A DNA stretch of 63,864 nt, counting the filler, from Octopus bimaculoides (lineage: Eukaryota): the NCBI RefSeq assembly GCF_001194135.2. It is 7 parts of 7 records of this genome, joined end to end, with 100 filler letters (N's around TTAATTAATTAA, not from the genome) between each part and the next. Parts side by side here need not be neighbours in the genome. Positions count along the whole stretch, not along the records: positions 34,946 to 44,276 come from NC_068994.1; positions 44,377 to 55,297 come from NC_068993.1; 5 more parts are not named here. One strand, 5' to 3'. The position numbers and the translations under genes were made by a program. Under the pieces are notes generated by a model. The model saw only the letters and a list, made by a program, of their open reading frames with translations, made no database searches and was not told the origin of the DNA. This document shows positions 36,268 through 50,499 of this stretch, piece after piece. Positions within the stretch are counted from its first letter, which is position 1; every line of letters starts with the position of its first letter.

Positions 36268-36453
36268 ATTCTTTTACTTGTTTCAGTCGTTTAACTGTGG
36301 CCGTGCTGGAGCACTGCCTTTAGTCGAGTAAAATCGACCCCAGGACTTATACTTTGTGAGCCTAGTACTTATTATATCGGTCTCTTTTGCTGAACCGCTA
36401 AGTTACAGGGACATAAACACACCAGCATCGGTTGTCAAGCGATGTTAGGGGGA

Positions 36454-36491
<38 letters not shown>

Positions 36492-36702
36492 TATATNNNN
36501 NNNNNNNNNNNNNNNATATATATATATATATATATATATACGACAGGGCTTCTTTCAGTTTCCGTCTACCAAATCCACTCACAAGGCTTTGGTCGGCCTA
36601 AGGCTATAGTAGAAGACACTTGCCCAAGGTGCCACGCAGTGGAACTGAACCCGGAACCATGTGGTTGGTAAGCAAACTACTTACCGCACAGCCACTCCTG
36701 TA
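36268..36702 (-). mobile_element. SINE family A
   Basis: Full-length reverse copy: CTTTTACTTGTTTCAGTC ... CACTTGCCCAAGGTGCCACGCAGTGG ... TTACCGCACAGCCAC. Confidence 0.9.
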
Positions 36703-36829
36703 CCTATATATATATATATATATCTTCAATATTCAATATGCACCAATCAAGTGTTTTACTTCCACTTAATTTGGTGCCAAATTGATTATTGTTCAGAACT
36801 CTAAGTCTTTACCCACAAGACTTTTGGTG

Positions 36830-37440
36830 AGAGCTAGAAAGAGTAACCAAATCTGACTTAAATCATATTTTACTGTCTTCAAAATATAAGACACATTAGA
36901 TAATGTAGTCCAGGATATATTGTGTTGAAGAATTACAGACAGGGTGGTCATGATTGGAATGCCTGATTGAAGTTCTCCCAGTCGGAATCGATCTGTTGTT
37001 AAACCACAACTATAACAACTATTTTTACCAGAAGTTGTGGAATATGTTTCACGAAGAACACAGAATCGGTTAAAGATGTAAATTACAAGGAACAACTCGA
37101 ATCTTTGAAGTTCCATTATCCTAAAAGACAGACAAGAAAGAATTGTAGTCGTCGATATTTGAAAAATTTCTCTTCAAAGTAAAATACCAAACTTGAGGAC
37201 ACAGAATATTGATTAAGAATCTACTGTCAACTCACAAAGATTTCGTCTTATGAGAATCAAGTGAAACCATTCTTTGACAAGAGAATTCTTGCTTCAGGTG
37301 ACCTCAGTTTGTTTAATATTAAATCAGAACACATGATGGTGGTACCTGTTAAAGAGTTCCAACATCAAATACAAAGATTCCCACCTCATTCCACAGACCA
37401 ATCGTCTTCCATAAATTATGGTCTTGTAATATCACTTTCT
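36830..37440 (+). mobile_element. Highly decayed CR1/L2/Jockey-group LINE 3' fragment
   Basis: Remnants such as NYKEQLESLK, ERIVVVDI*KI and LFN...F....IP.DQ resemble the post-RT C-terminal region of CR1-like LINEs. Many disablements. Confidence 0.5.
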
Positions 37441-37512
37441 ACAAACACATTGATTCAGTAAAGAAAAAACAAGGATAAAATTAAAAAAACACAAAAATAC
37501 AAATATCGTAAA

Positions 37513-37932
37513 CACAGGCATGACTTTGTGGAGAGAAGTTTGCTTCCCAACCACATGGTTCCAGGTTCAATACCACTGTGTGGCACCTTGGGCAAGTGTT
37601 TTATACTATTGCCTCAGGCTGACCAAAGCCTTGTCAGTGGATTTGGTAAACAGAAACTGAATGAAGCCTGTCGTATATATATACCTATGTGTGTGTGTGT
37701 GTTTTTGTGTCTATGTTTGTCCTCCACCACTGCTTGACAACCGGTGTTGGTGTGTTTATGTCCCTGTAACTTAGCTTTTCAACAAAAGAGACCAATAAAA
37801 TAAATAACAAGCTTTAAAAAAATATATCCTGGGCTGGGGGGGGGGGGTCAAATTGATTCGAATAAAAATTCTTCAAGGCAGTGCCCCAGCATGGCCACAT
37901 TCTTATGACTAAAACAAGTGAAAGAATAAAGA
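37513..37932 (+). mobile_element. SINE family A
   Basis: Head with B-box-like GGTTCAATACC, then GTGGCACCTTGGGCAAGTG and tail GACTAAAACAAGTGAAAGAAT. Confidence 0.88.
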
Positions 37933-38094
37933 GAAAAAGCAGAAAGACGAAATTCTGTAGAAAAGATGACACTCCAGCATGGCCAGAACGAATAATGGTG
38001 TTGGAACGATTAAAGACCCTAGGAGGAACCAAAATTTCCTTAATGAAATCTGAGTTGGATGGGATAGTCATGGCTGGAACACTTTTCATTATAT

Positions 38095-38285
38095 GTGTGA
38101 GCTGGCAGAATCATTAACTTCACTTCATGTCTTTCAATTCATTAGGTTCTGAGTTCAAACTCAGCTGAGGGTGACTTGCCTTTCATTCTTGCAGGGTCAA
38201 TAAAATCAAGTGCCATTTCAGCTCTGGGGGTTGATATAACTGACTTCCCCTCCCCTCAAAATTACCGGCTTTGTGTCGAAATTCA
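38095..38285 (+). mobile_element. SINE family B (diverged)
   Basis: GTGAGCTGGCAGAATC..GAGTTCAAACTCAGCTGAGG..GCCTTTCATTCTTGCAGGGTCAATAAAATCAAGT. Confidence 0.7.
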
Positions 38286-39871
38286 TAAGGATTGCATTGG
38301 CAATCAGCTCATTGTGAATGAGGATTGAACAATAAGAAGAGCAACAACATTAGAGCCTGTGTGGAGTCATTCAATTTGTTAGAAATAGCAGCCAAATGAA
38401 CCACAAATCACACTGTACTGTCTTAAATAAATGAAGGTCACATAAGGTAATGTAGTTTAACCTCATCTTTAAATCAATGGAATGGTCATAGATGGAATAT
38501 TTTTAACCGTCAGTGTCTGCTGGATCACAATTGATCTAGCAGTAAATGACAACAATAACAATCACAGTAGGTTTGGTAGAGATGAGTCTCTTGTCTAAGC
38601 ACTCAACACACCTCCATTTGGTGACTGATCAAATCTGTACAGCTTTAATCATTAACCAATTTCTTAAAACCTACATTATGACTACTCTTACCAGCACCTC
38701 TCTCTCTCTCTCTCTCTCTCTCTGTTCCCACCCATCCATTCACCAATCCTTCCACCACACAATACTGGCCTCCTTCTAGCCACCCCACCCCCATTACCAC
38801 TATTTAACTCTCCATTACTTCCACCTTACACTCATCTCATCAATCGGTCATAGCAATTGATCCGACATCAATACACCACCACCGCCGCCGCCGCCACCGC
38901 AACCTCACACTACACCAAACTGCTGACCCTAACCACACCACCGCCACCACAACACCACCACAAACCACCACTGCACAATGTCCAGAATAATTCTGACAGA
39001 CTCACCAACAATACAGCATACAGCATTACCACCACCACCACTACCACCACCACCACTACCACCACCACCACTACCACCACNNNNNNNNNNNNNNNNNNNN
39101 NNNNNNNNNNNNNNNNNNNNNNNNNNNNNNNNNNNNNNNNNNNNNNNNNNNNNNNNNNNNNNNNNNNNNNNNNNNNNNNNNNNNNNNNNNNNNNNNNNNN
39201 NNNNNNNNNNNNNNNNNNNNNNNNNNNNNNNNNNNNNNNNNNNNNNNNNNNNNNNNNNNNNNNNNNNNNNNNNNNNNNNNNNNNNNNNNNNNNNNNNNNN
39301 NNNNNNNNNNNNNNNNNNNNNNNNNNNNNNNNNNNNNNNNNNNNNNNNNNNNNNNNNNNNNNNNNNNNNNNNNNNNNNNNNNNNNNNNNNNNNNNNNNNN
39401 NNNNNNNNNNNNNNNNNNNNNNNNNNNNNNNNNNNNNNNNNNNNNNNNNNNNNNNNNNNNNNNNNNNNNNNNNNNNNNNNNNNNNNNNNNNNNNNNNNNN
39501 NNNNNNNNNNNNNNNNNNNNNNNNNNNNNNNNNNNNNNNNNNNNNNNNNNNNNNNNNNNNNNNNNNNNNNNNNNNNNNNNNNNNNNNNNNNNNNNNNNNN
39601 NNNNNNNNNNNNNNNNNNNNNNNNNNNNNNNNNNNNNNNNNNNNNNNNNNNNNNNNNNNNNNNNNNNNNNNNNNNNNNNNNNNNNNNNNNNNNNNNNNNN
39701 NNNNNNNNNNNNNNNNNNNNNNNNNNNNNNNNNNNNNNNNNNNNNNNNNNNNNNNNNNNNNNNNNNNNNNNNNNNNNNNNNNNNNNNNNNNNNNNNNNNN
39801 NNNNNNNNNNNNNNNNNNNNNNNNNNNNNNNNNNNNNNNNNNNNNNNNNNNNNNNNNNNNNNNNNNNNNNN

Positions 39872-39918
<47 letters not shown>

Positions 39919-40043
39919 TACATAGGGAAATACATAGACAGGCATACACACATAATACTAAGACATACACATATATATATATATATATATATACACACGC
40001 ATGCAACACGCACATGCATGTACACACACACATATACATACAT

Positions 40044-40076
<33 letters not shown>

Positions 40077-41009
40077 TGGTGATTGAATTGGGAAGAAGAT
40101 ATTAAATTAGTGTTCTCGATTCACATTGGAGTGTCGTGGTTGGTTGTAGCAGTTAATTGTTCTGTCACAGCTTTGATGGTCAATACCACTGGCTCGTCCT
40201 GCGCCACCACCACCACCACCACTCTCTCCCTCTCTCTCTCATTCTCTCTCACCCCCTCTGTCTCTCTTATCACTCTCTCTCTTTCTCTCCATGCGCACAC
40301 ACATGCACACATGAATACACACACAAATGTACACGCATACACCTAATTGCATACATTCATGTACACTCACACACACGCACGCACACATTCACATATCTGC
40401 ACTCACACATGTGTATGCATACACGCATGCATGTAAAGACAAACACACATACACATGCAAAAGCACAATCCTTCTAAGAATCTCCTAGACTCAAACACAC
40501 AGACACACACATATACAAACACACACACACACACACACACACATAATCCTATTATGGATCAAATGGATTATTACTGCATTTTTATTCCTACACACACACT
40601 TTCACTGTGAAGTTCGGCGGTGGGGGTGTGGGGTGGGGAGGTTACTGTCTACACACGCTCACACAGATACTCCCACCTACACACACAAACTACAGATCCT
40701 GTATGAGCACATATATGTGTGTGTGTGTGTGTGTATATAAACGCCCATAGACATGCACACACACAACACTATACCTATATATGTATATATGCATGTTTAT
40801 ATATATATATATNNNNNNNNNNNNNNNNNNNNNNNNNNNNNNNNNNNNNNNNNNNNNNNNNNNNNNNNNNNNNNNNNNNNNNNNNNNNNNNNNNNNNNNN
40901 NNNNNNNNNNNNNNNNNNNNNNNNNNNNNNNNNNNNNNNNNNNNNNNNNNNNNNNNNNNNNNNNNNNNNNNNNNNNNNNNNNNNNNNNNNNNNNNNNNNN
41001 NNNNNNNNN

Positions 41010-41068
<59 letters not shown>

Positions 41069-41154
41069 GTATATATATATGTATATATGTATATATACAT
41101 ATATATAAGGATGTTTACAATCTATATATATGTGTGTGTGTGTGTGTGTTCCTC

Positions 41155-41540
41155 CTCATCATTTAACATCCATTTCCTACGCTGGCATCAGAGGTGAGAT
41201 GGCTTGACAGGATTGAATGAGCTGCAAGTCATCATTGACCTCCAATGTCTGCTTCCACATGGTGTCTATGGTTGGATGCTCTTCCTGACACCAACCCCTC
41301 TACACTTGCTAACAGCAAATAAACATTACCATTGTACAAATGGTGCAGCTCATTTGCCATCTTCCATGGAAGCATGAGCTTTTCATGTTGAAACGACAAG
41401 GAGAAATATAGCTTTGTTAAGAAACAGGAGAGGATTGGGAACAGCAAGAGCATCCAGCCATGGACAACCTATCATCACTAATTTCATCTGATCCATGCCA
41501 GCATGAAAAAATGGACGTGAGATAATGATGACGATGATAA
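41155..41540. mobile_element. Two inverted fragments of a SINE-like repeat ending in (GAT)n
   Basis: CATCATTTAACATCCATTTCCTACGCTGGCATC..GGATGCTCTTCCTGACACCAACC (41155-41310) versus GAGCATCCAGCC..CATGCCAGCATGAAAAAATGGACGTGAGATAATGATGA (41415-41540). Confidence 0.55.
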
Positions 41541-43631
41541 TGAGGAGCAGGTGGGGGAGAATTTATGCATACATTTACACATATATTCATATATATCCGT
41601 GTATATGTATACCTGTGTGAGTGTGTAATTTAATATCACCAATGTAATCAACTGATAAACATTGAAACTAAAAAAAAGCGAAAACAGTAATTCCCCCAAA
41701 ACAACCGTTTCCATTCCAGTTGTGGAATTCTCTGGAGACCAGTTCCACTCTTTCATCATTTCTCAAGATTGTTCCAAACAACAGCAACACCAATTCTGCA
41801 GACTAAATGCCTCCTCCCACCATCACCACTGCACCCTCATATATCCAACCACCAAATAATTAGCTGCCACAGTTTTTTTTTGGTTTATGTTTGTAAGCTT
41901 GATTGATTGATTAGATGTCAACACCATCATCATCACAATCATTATCATCCTCACTGTTGATATCATTGCCATCATCACTGTCATCATCACAATCACCCTA
42001 CTCTTCCTTCTCCTCCTCCTCTTCATCATCATCATAATCATCCTCTTTATAATTATCATCATCAACATCATCTTCATCATTGCCATCATCATCCATCCTA
42101 CCAACATCTCCATCATCACCAACACCAGCACCTTCATCATCATCATCCTCATCAGTATCACCTCCATCACCCATCATAAACGTCACTGTCATCATTATCC
42201 TCCTCCCCCTCATCATCATCATCATCCCTATCACCATCATTGCCTCCATTTAATGCCTGTTATTCTATGGTGGACAGATCACCTAGCGCTACACCACTTG
42301 TTGTGGCCCCTCATCACACACACACAAACAGACCCCAACCAGTTTTTGGTCCTACATCGGTTTCTTTGGCCTTCTTTCTACATCTGAATGTCCTTGCTTA
42401 CTACCAGCCAGCCCTTAACAGTGTGCATTGACCGATCTACAGCACGTTCACCCCAACCGCCACTAGGGGCCAACATCTACAGCAAGCCCACCCTTACTCT
42501 GGTAGTTATTATTCTCCTCAACAGGTTTCCCTTTAGTTTACAGAACAAACGTCACCTCCTGCTTGGGTGCCATCCATTGAGACCCAGTTATTGCAGGTGG
42601 ATGTCTTTCTTTCTTGACTTGGCACCATTTAAGGAGTCACTGACTGAGGAGGTAGAGGAGGAGGAGGAGGAGGAGAGAAGAAGAAGAAGAAGAAGACAAA
42701 GAAGATGATGATGAGCATCATCATCATCATCACCATTACCACCACAACTGGTACATGACTGCAACTACCAATATTACTACCACGTAATAACCACCACCAC
42801 CACCACCACCACCACCACAACACTGACTACAAGAACAAAAGGGAACAAAATACTCAGTAGAAAGGAGATCAGCAGTATTAGGGAAGGGGAGGAGGGAGAG
42901 TGAGAGGGAGTGTCTGAAGACATGGTAGAGAGTGAGAGTTATAGAGTTAGATAGGGAGAGGAACTGAAAGAGAGCGAGACACAGTGAGAAGAGACAGATA
43001 GGCAGAGAGAGAGAGACAGAGAGAGAAAGAAAGAGATACATAAATGGAGAAAAAGAGAAAGAGGGAGAGGTGGCTGAGCGAGAAAAGGTTGATAGGGAGT
43101 GGAGTTGTATGTCTCAATGAATCCTGGCTATTTTATTGATTGTCCAGCAATGGCCACGCACCAACATCCTCTCCTCTTTTTTTCCTTTAGCCCTCCTCCT
43201 CTTCTTCTTCTTCTTCTCTCACTCCCTCCTCCTCCTCCCCTTCCGCCTTCCTCCCTAACTACACACCATGGTAAACACTTTTACCTCCAACCATACATAA
43301 TTGCTTCAATGATGCACGCTTCGATGCGAATTAATGATGCACCCATCTGATGCCATCTACTACTGTACAACAGTGCAACACACGCACACACACACACACA
43401 CATACATGCACACACACATACATACATGCACACATTAAAACATTTGCATATCTATGTGTATATATATATATATATATNNNNNNNNNNNNNNNNNNNNNNN
43501 NNNNNNNNNNNNNNNNNNNNNNNNNNNNNNNNNNNNNNNNNNNNNNNNNNNNNNNNNNNNNNNNNNNNNNNNNNNNNNNNNNNNNNNNNNNNNNNNNNNN
43601 NNNNNNNNNNNNNNNNNNNNNNNNNNATACA

Positions 43632-43667
<36 letters not shown>

Positions 43668-43669
43668 TA

Positions 43670-43703
<34 letters not shown>

Positions 43704-43860
43704 CATGGATATATACATGCACACACTGCACTGGTGAGGTGCTGTTCTGTTGGCACTTCAAACAAATTCTTTGTTCTCTTTCAATGTGTGTTGCGGTGTA
43801 TGAGTGTGAATGTGTATGTCAATATATATATATGTACATGTATATGTATATATGTGTGAG

Positions 43861-43899
<39 letters not shown>

Positions 43900-44230
43900 A
43901 AGTATATACATATACATGTATATGTATATGTATGTATACATATGCACACACACATACACATATATGCATACCTATGTAGACATACACAAACACACACACA
44001 TACATACACATAAACACACATATATGTATGTATACATACATACTGGTATATACATGTATGTACATGAATTTAGGCAGTGCAATTTTAGCTCACCTAAGCG
44101 AGTTAGTTAATCATTATGTGTGCACAACTCAACCAGTTATCGGTGCTATGATTTTATGTTTTATGGGAATTAAACAAACAGGAGGAATGGACATTAAATA
44201 TAACAGGCAAAGAACATACAGAATGCTCTC

Positions 44231-44276
<46 letters not shown>

Positions 44277-46090
44277 NNNNNNNNNNNNNNNNNNNNNNNN
44301 NNNNNNNNNNNNNNNNNNNNTTAATTAATTAANNNNNNNNNNNNNNNNNNNNNNNNNNNNNNNNNNNNNNNNNNNNACTGTTTCTTCTTATTGACTATCT
44401 ACTCTAAAACTACTATCTTTGATTTTCACATGTTCCATAAAATATTTAACCTAAATTTTAAATGGAAAAAAAAAACGAAAAAGAAAGTTAAATCTGTAAA
44501 AGAAAAAAATATTCAAAGGATAAATATTCAAACAAAATTTTTGAAAGGAAATCAAAATTTTCGGATTTTTTTCTTTTTTTTTTAACAAAGCGATTTTTTT
44601 TTTTCGGCTATCAAAATGTTTCTTTTCCATTTCTTTTTTATTACTTTTGAAGACGTAGAAAACATTTCAAGTAGACATTTTTCATCTTTAGACAGGGCAA
44701 TGGAATAATATAAATAGTAAAAAGCCAGACAAAATGCCTTTCTGTAATGAAATTTTCTCTTTCTGTTCTGAATCTAATCCCGCCGAAGTCGTCAAAATAA
44801 AGAACCAGTCAAGTACTGGAGTCGACTGGACCAAATGTACTCTCCCTGACAATATATGGCCTTACGCCTGTGTTAGAAATCAGCATTAGTTCCCTGCAGT
44901 AATATATGCTATTGCTGGGCAAAAGCAAAGGTCCCAGCGAACCGAGTTTGCGAGTCCGGTTTCAATTACTGGCTGACATCACTTCACTTTGTGTACATTG
45001 TCTCAATTCTTTGGGGAAAGATATGAAAAAAGTTACAACTTCCTGCGTTATTTCCCTTTCAATAATAGGGTCTTTTTTATAGGAGTATCAGAACAAGAGC
45101 AATGCCTTTTAACTTCCCATCCTTAAATTTTCTCAAAGTATAAACATCATTAGCATCTTCTCAAAAATGATTATAACTTCTGTTTCAATGTTTAAACTCT
45201 TTTTCAAACCTCTTTAGATTTAGTAGGCTTTGTGTCTTTATGTGGATTTCTATGCATATGTATGTGTACATCTGTTTTTGAATATGCAAACGCGTGCAGG
45301 GGCTGTATGTATGAAAATGATGCGTTTGCATGCTGACAAAACAAAATATATATAATGGGAAACGAGTGGATTCCCGAGCACTTTGAACTATGAAAAATAT
45401 AGTTGGGCGTTTAAAGTGAGCCTAGAACTTGGTGTTTTACTGCAACATTTAAAACACTGTTCATTTAAATATGCTACATCATGGCGGTTCGTAATGTGTG
45501 TGTGTGTGTGTATGACAGAAATAAAAGAAATGGTGGACACATTACCAATTTCTCTTTAATCAATACAAGGTAGTCGAATAATGAGCCGCCCATGTGTCAG
45601 TAAATCAAATTGAATCAAGATGTGCTTCCTAAGTTGCTGTTGTCTATATCATACAATAAATTGTATAACTTCCGGTTTTTACGCACGGAACGGAAACACA
45701 AATGGAGTAGGTAACTCGGAAAACGCAAAATAGAATTAGGAATATTGACAGAGCAATGTTTGACTGGCGTTCTCTACGATAAGCACTCTGGCTTCCCAAT
45801 GCTGATGCGACCATTGTCTTGGAGATGAAAGATTGCATTTACTAGTAAGCAACATTGAAGTAGCATATTACGAAGCGGTGTGATCTGGTATTATTTTGAT
45901 GTGCTAAAGAGTGATGTGATGTCATGTAAAACAGTATGTTGTGGGGGTTTTAGTGTAGAGAAATGTGTTGCGGTGTAGTGCATTAGAGGTATGGGACATA
46001 AATTTGTTGTACTTACGCATTGTGATATACGTACATGCTGTGATATATATACATATGTATGTGAGCGTGTGTGTGAGTGTGTGTGTATAC

Positions 46091-46134
<44 letters not shown>

Positions 46135-47601
46135 GCATATATATATGCATACATACACATGGTATTGCAAATAATCACATACGTAATAAACATAGCCACA
46201 TAAACGTTTGCGTATACATATTATTCCACGCAAATATATGAATATATGTGCATGCGTGTATGTATATATATATATATATATATATATAGATATATATATA
46301 TATATATATATGGACACACATATATGTGTACGTATGTATGTATATATGTATGTACATGTGTTTGACTATATGTGTGTGTGTCTGTGTGTCTCTGTCTGTG
46401 TATTGTAGATTAGAAGTAGGAGTGGGTAAAGGTAAATAATTTACACCATTCAGTTTCAAACCTCAATGTTCTTATTTCAAATCCAACCGGAGTCACCTTT
46501 TCATTTCATTTCTTCGGGTATCATAAAATAAAACACCAATTGCGTTGTGGTGTTCATGCTCTCTTCTATACTACTCCACCAAAGCATATATTTGTGGTGG
46601 AATTGTAGTCAATACCTTGTAAATTTTTCCTTGTAAATTAAATTGTGTTTTTAATTACAAACTAATTATATTTAACTATTTACTCAGAATTAGCATCGGC
46701 GAAAACTACTCGCGGTTTAGAAACTTCTAAAAATAATCATTTTTTTCTTTTATTAACTTTTCTTACGAATTCATTTTCACATATATAATATTGAACTAAC
46801 TAGTCTTATTTCTTTAAAAATTAAATATATTAACTTAATCTTAACGTACTTTTTATTAATTAATACTTAATTAGCACGTAAGAAACACTTTATCTTTAAC
46901 GTAGTTGTCAAACAGTGGTTTTATATCATGTTCTAATATTCTCCAGTTCTGATATTCTATTATCATAATGATTATATTATTCTGGTATACTGGTATTCTA
47001 ATTCTATTTTCTTTTTCATTCTTATTTTCTTCTTAAATAAAAAAAATCTTCCAACTTTATATATTTATGTCAGAAAGACACTAAGCTGAAACCATATATG
47101 TATGTATGTATATATGGAGCAACTTATGTATGTATTCGAGTATGTGCGTGTATCCGCACGCATAAACAAATTCTAGTATCTCTAACCGACTATATTATGA
47201 TGTATGCATATATGTGTGTCTAAACACAAGTATGTGTGCATACGTGAGTGCATACGTGAGTGCATACGTGAGTGCATACGTGTGTGTGTGTGTGTATGTT
47301 TGGGTTCTCTGAGTGTGAGTGGACAAAGGTTGATGATTCGTTTTTCATGTCGTGACAATCTTCAGGCGAGAACTGCTCTAACTAATCTCATTGTTATTTG
47401 TGTTCTTTATATCTGTTAATGTGGATATTTTGTGATATCCCTTCTTGGACAATAGGCTTACTACACAATAGGAGTATGGACACTCAGTCGAAAATATCTG
47501 CTAAAGTGTACTTCATCAAAGGATAATAACCCCGACTCATGTTGTGAGCAAATAGTTACCTCCCTTATATTAAAGGCTCTAAGTCAGAGGGCGCTACACA
47601 A

Positions 47602-47655
<54 letters not shown>

Positions 47656-47665
47656 NNNNNNNNNN

Positions 47666-47812
47666 CAAAGCTGCAAAAACATCACAAAAACAGTTACTTA
47701 GGGTCGTAAGACGAACGGAAACGTAAACCTCTGAATAACAGTTTTTGTGATATTTTTGTAGCTTTAAAAATAAAGCATTTTACCTTACCTCCGGTATTCG
47801 AGTACTATTGTT
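47666..47812 (+). mobile_element. Fold-back copy of the same HHR-bearing repeat
   Basis: The left arm (47667-47703) is the reverse complement of the right arm (47728-47765). Decayed HHR GACGAACGGAAACGTAAACCTCTGAATAACAG lies in the middle. Family tail ...CCGGTATTCGAGTACTATT is followed by (TA)n. Confidence 0.65.
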
Positions 47813-47992
47813 ATATATATATATGCACATACACACATACACACATAGATATACATATACATATATATATGTATAATACATATATATGTATATATTCTTA
47901 TATAGATATATGTATATATATATAAATATATATATGTATATAGATACGAATATATATGTATATATGTATATATATATATGTATATATATATA

Positions 47993-48024
<32 letters not shown>

Positions 48025-49898
48025 NNNNNNNNNNNNNNNNNNNNNNNNNNNNNNNNNNNNNNNNNNNNNNNNNNNNNNNNNNNNNNNNNNNNNNNNNNNN
48101 NNNNNNNNNNNNNNNNNNNNNNNNNNNNNNNNNNNNNNNNNNNNNNNNNNNNNNNNNNNNNNNNNNNNNNNNNNNNNNNNNNNNNNNNNNNNNNNNNNNN
48201 NNNNNNNNNNNNNNNNNNNNNNNNNNNNNNNNNNNNNNNNNNNNNNNNNNNNNNNNNNNNNNNNNNNNNNNNNNNNNNNNNNNNNNNNNNNNNNNNNNNN
48301 NNNNNNNNNNNNNNNNNNNNNNNNNNNNNNNNNNNNNNNNNNNNNNNNNNNNNNNNNNNNNNNNNNNNNNNNNNNNNNNNNNNNNNNNNNNNNNNNNNNN
48401 NNNNNNNNNNNNNNNNNNNNNNNNNNNNNNNNNNNNNNNNNNNNNNNNNNNNNNNNNNNNNNNNNNNNNNNNNNNNNNNNNNNNNNNNNNNNNNNNNNNN
48501 NNNNNNNNNNNNNNNNNNNNNNNNNNNNNNNNNNNNNNNNNNNNNNNNNNNNNNNNNNNNNNNNNNNNNNNNNNNNNNNNNNNNNNNNNNNNNNNNNNNN
48601 NNNNNNNNNNNNNNNNNNNNNNNNNNNNNNNNNNNNNNNNNNNNNNNNNNNNNNNNNNNNNNNNNNNNNNNNNNNNNNNNNNNNNNNNNNNNNNNNNNNN
48701 NNNNNNNNNNNNNNNNNNNNNNNNNNNNNNNNNNNNNNNNNNNNNNNNNNNNNNNNNNNNNNNNNNNNNNNNNNNNNNNNNNNNNNNNNNNNNNNNNNNN
48801 NNNNNNNNNNNNNNNNNNNNNNNNNNNNNNNNNNNNNNNNNNNNNNNNNNNNNNNNNNNNNNNNNNNNNNNNNNNNNNNNNNNNNNNNNNNNNNNNNNNN
48901 NNNNNNNNNNNNNNNNNNNNNNNNNNNNNNNNNNNNNNNNNNNNNNNNNNNNNNNNNNNNNNNNNNNNNNNNNNNNNNNNNNNNNNNNNNNATATAGATA
49001 TATATATATATATATATATACATGTATATACATATAAGCATAACTTGCTGCACAGAAAGATGACTTATATAGAGAGAGAGATTAAAAAATTGCACAGGAG
49101 GACGATGTAGAAACACACGGAAGAAAATCACACGCAAGGCGTGGACATGCTCTTCCCAAAATTATAATTTAATTTTTAAGGATATCAAAACTGCTATGCA
49201 ATTTAACTTTGATATTTCTTTCATTAAATTATTCGTTCATTTTCTCCATAACGTTCTTTAATTAGTAATAACGTCTTATGAATGATTTCGAATTTACTTC
49301 ACACCTGAAGATCTTTAATTAAAGTAATTGTACAGTTTAAGTGGTCAGCAGTGCATTTGGTGCTGAAATTGTTCTTAGTGTTGTTGGTCTCTTTCTATTA
49401 TGCGTCATATAAAGAAAATATATTAATATTGATATATAAGCATGTGTATTTGTGTGTTTAGATATGTTTATTTGTGCGTCTGTGTACAATTATGTATGAA
49501 GTGTGTATGTATGTACGTATGCATATATGTATGTATATAAGAATACAGTAAAAGTTTTGGCTTCAAGAAAATATAATGTATAATGCTGTTTTGCGTAGTC
49601 TTTCTTTTCCATTATTTGAAACTTTTTGCGTGTTTGTAGTAAACCATGTGTGTCAGTGTGCGTGTGTCTTTAATGCTGGTATTGTACATAATATATGCTT
49701 TTGTACGCTGTCTGATTGCAAAGCAGCTAAATATATATTACAGTTTTTTTTTTGTTTTTTTATTTTGCATCCTATTGAAATGATTTTTCAGTGTATGTAA
49801 CACACTACATAAAACTCTATGTACAAATACTTCGGGATTTTTCAAACTTCTATAGTCCAGATATTTCTCACTCTTCAAAACAACCCACCCACAACATA

Positions 49899-49947
<49 letters not shown>

Positions 49948-49949
<2 letters not shown>

Positions 49950-50155
49950 GGCGGCGAGCTGGCAGAATCGTTACCACACCAGGCAAAAATGCTTAGCAGC
50001 ATTTCGTTCGTTTTTTTCCGGTTTTGCCGAGGACGACTTTGCCTTTCATCCTTTCGAGGTCGATAAATTAAGTACCAGAGAAACACTTGGGTCGGTATAA
50101 TAGACTACTCCCCTCCTCCCAAAATTCAGGCGTTATGCCTTTAGCGGAAAAGACA
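49948..50155 (+). mobile_element. SINE family B
   Basis: AAGGCGGCGAGCTGGCAGAATCGTT..GCCTTTCATCCTTTCGAGGTCGATAAATTAAGTACCAG; flanked by (ATT)n. Confidence 0.88.
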
Positions 50156-50190
50156 TTATTATTATTATTATTATTATTATTAATATTATT

Positions 50191-50226
<36 letters not shown>

Positions 50227-50327
50227 TTCATCATCATCATCATCATCATTACAATCATCAACATCATTATCATCATCATCATCGTCGTCATCATTATCAT
50301 CATTACCATAATTATTATTACCATCAC

Positions 50328-50413
<86 letters not shown>

Positions 50414-50499
50414 TTATTATTATTGCTGTTGCTGTTATTATTATGGCCTTGTACCAAAATTTGTAATCCTAGGTGTGGTTACTGCAAGTTGAAAACAAT

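Noticed and set aside
42240-42640. Higher-GC stretch with ORFs 42240-42431 and 42388-42708
   Set aside because: No recognisable domain. The minus strand shows only a faint RTE-like remnant, too weak to call as either exon or LINE.
47341-49335. Weak CTGAAGA + small hairpin motifs at 47341-47366 (-) and ~49307-49335 (+)
   Set aside because: They lack GAAAC..GUH and stem I; indistinguishable from chance without a family consensus.
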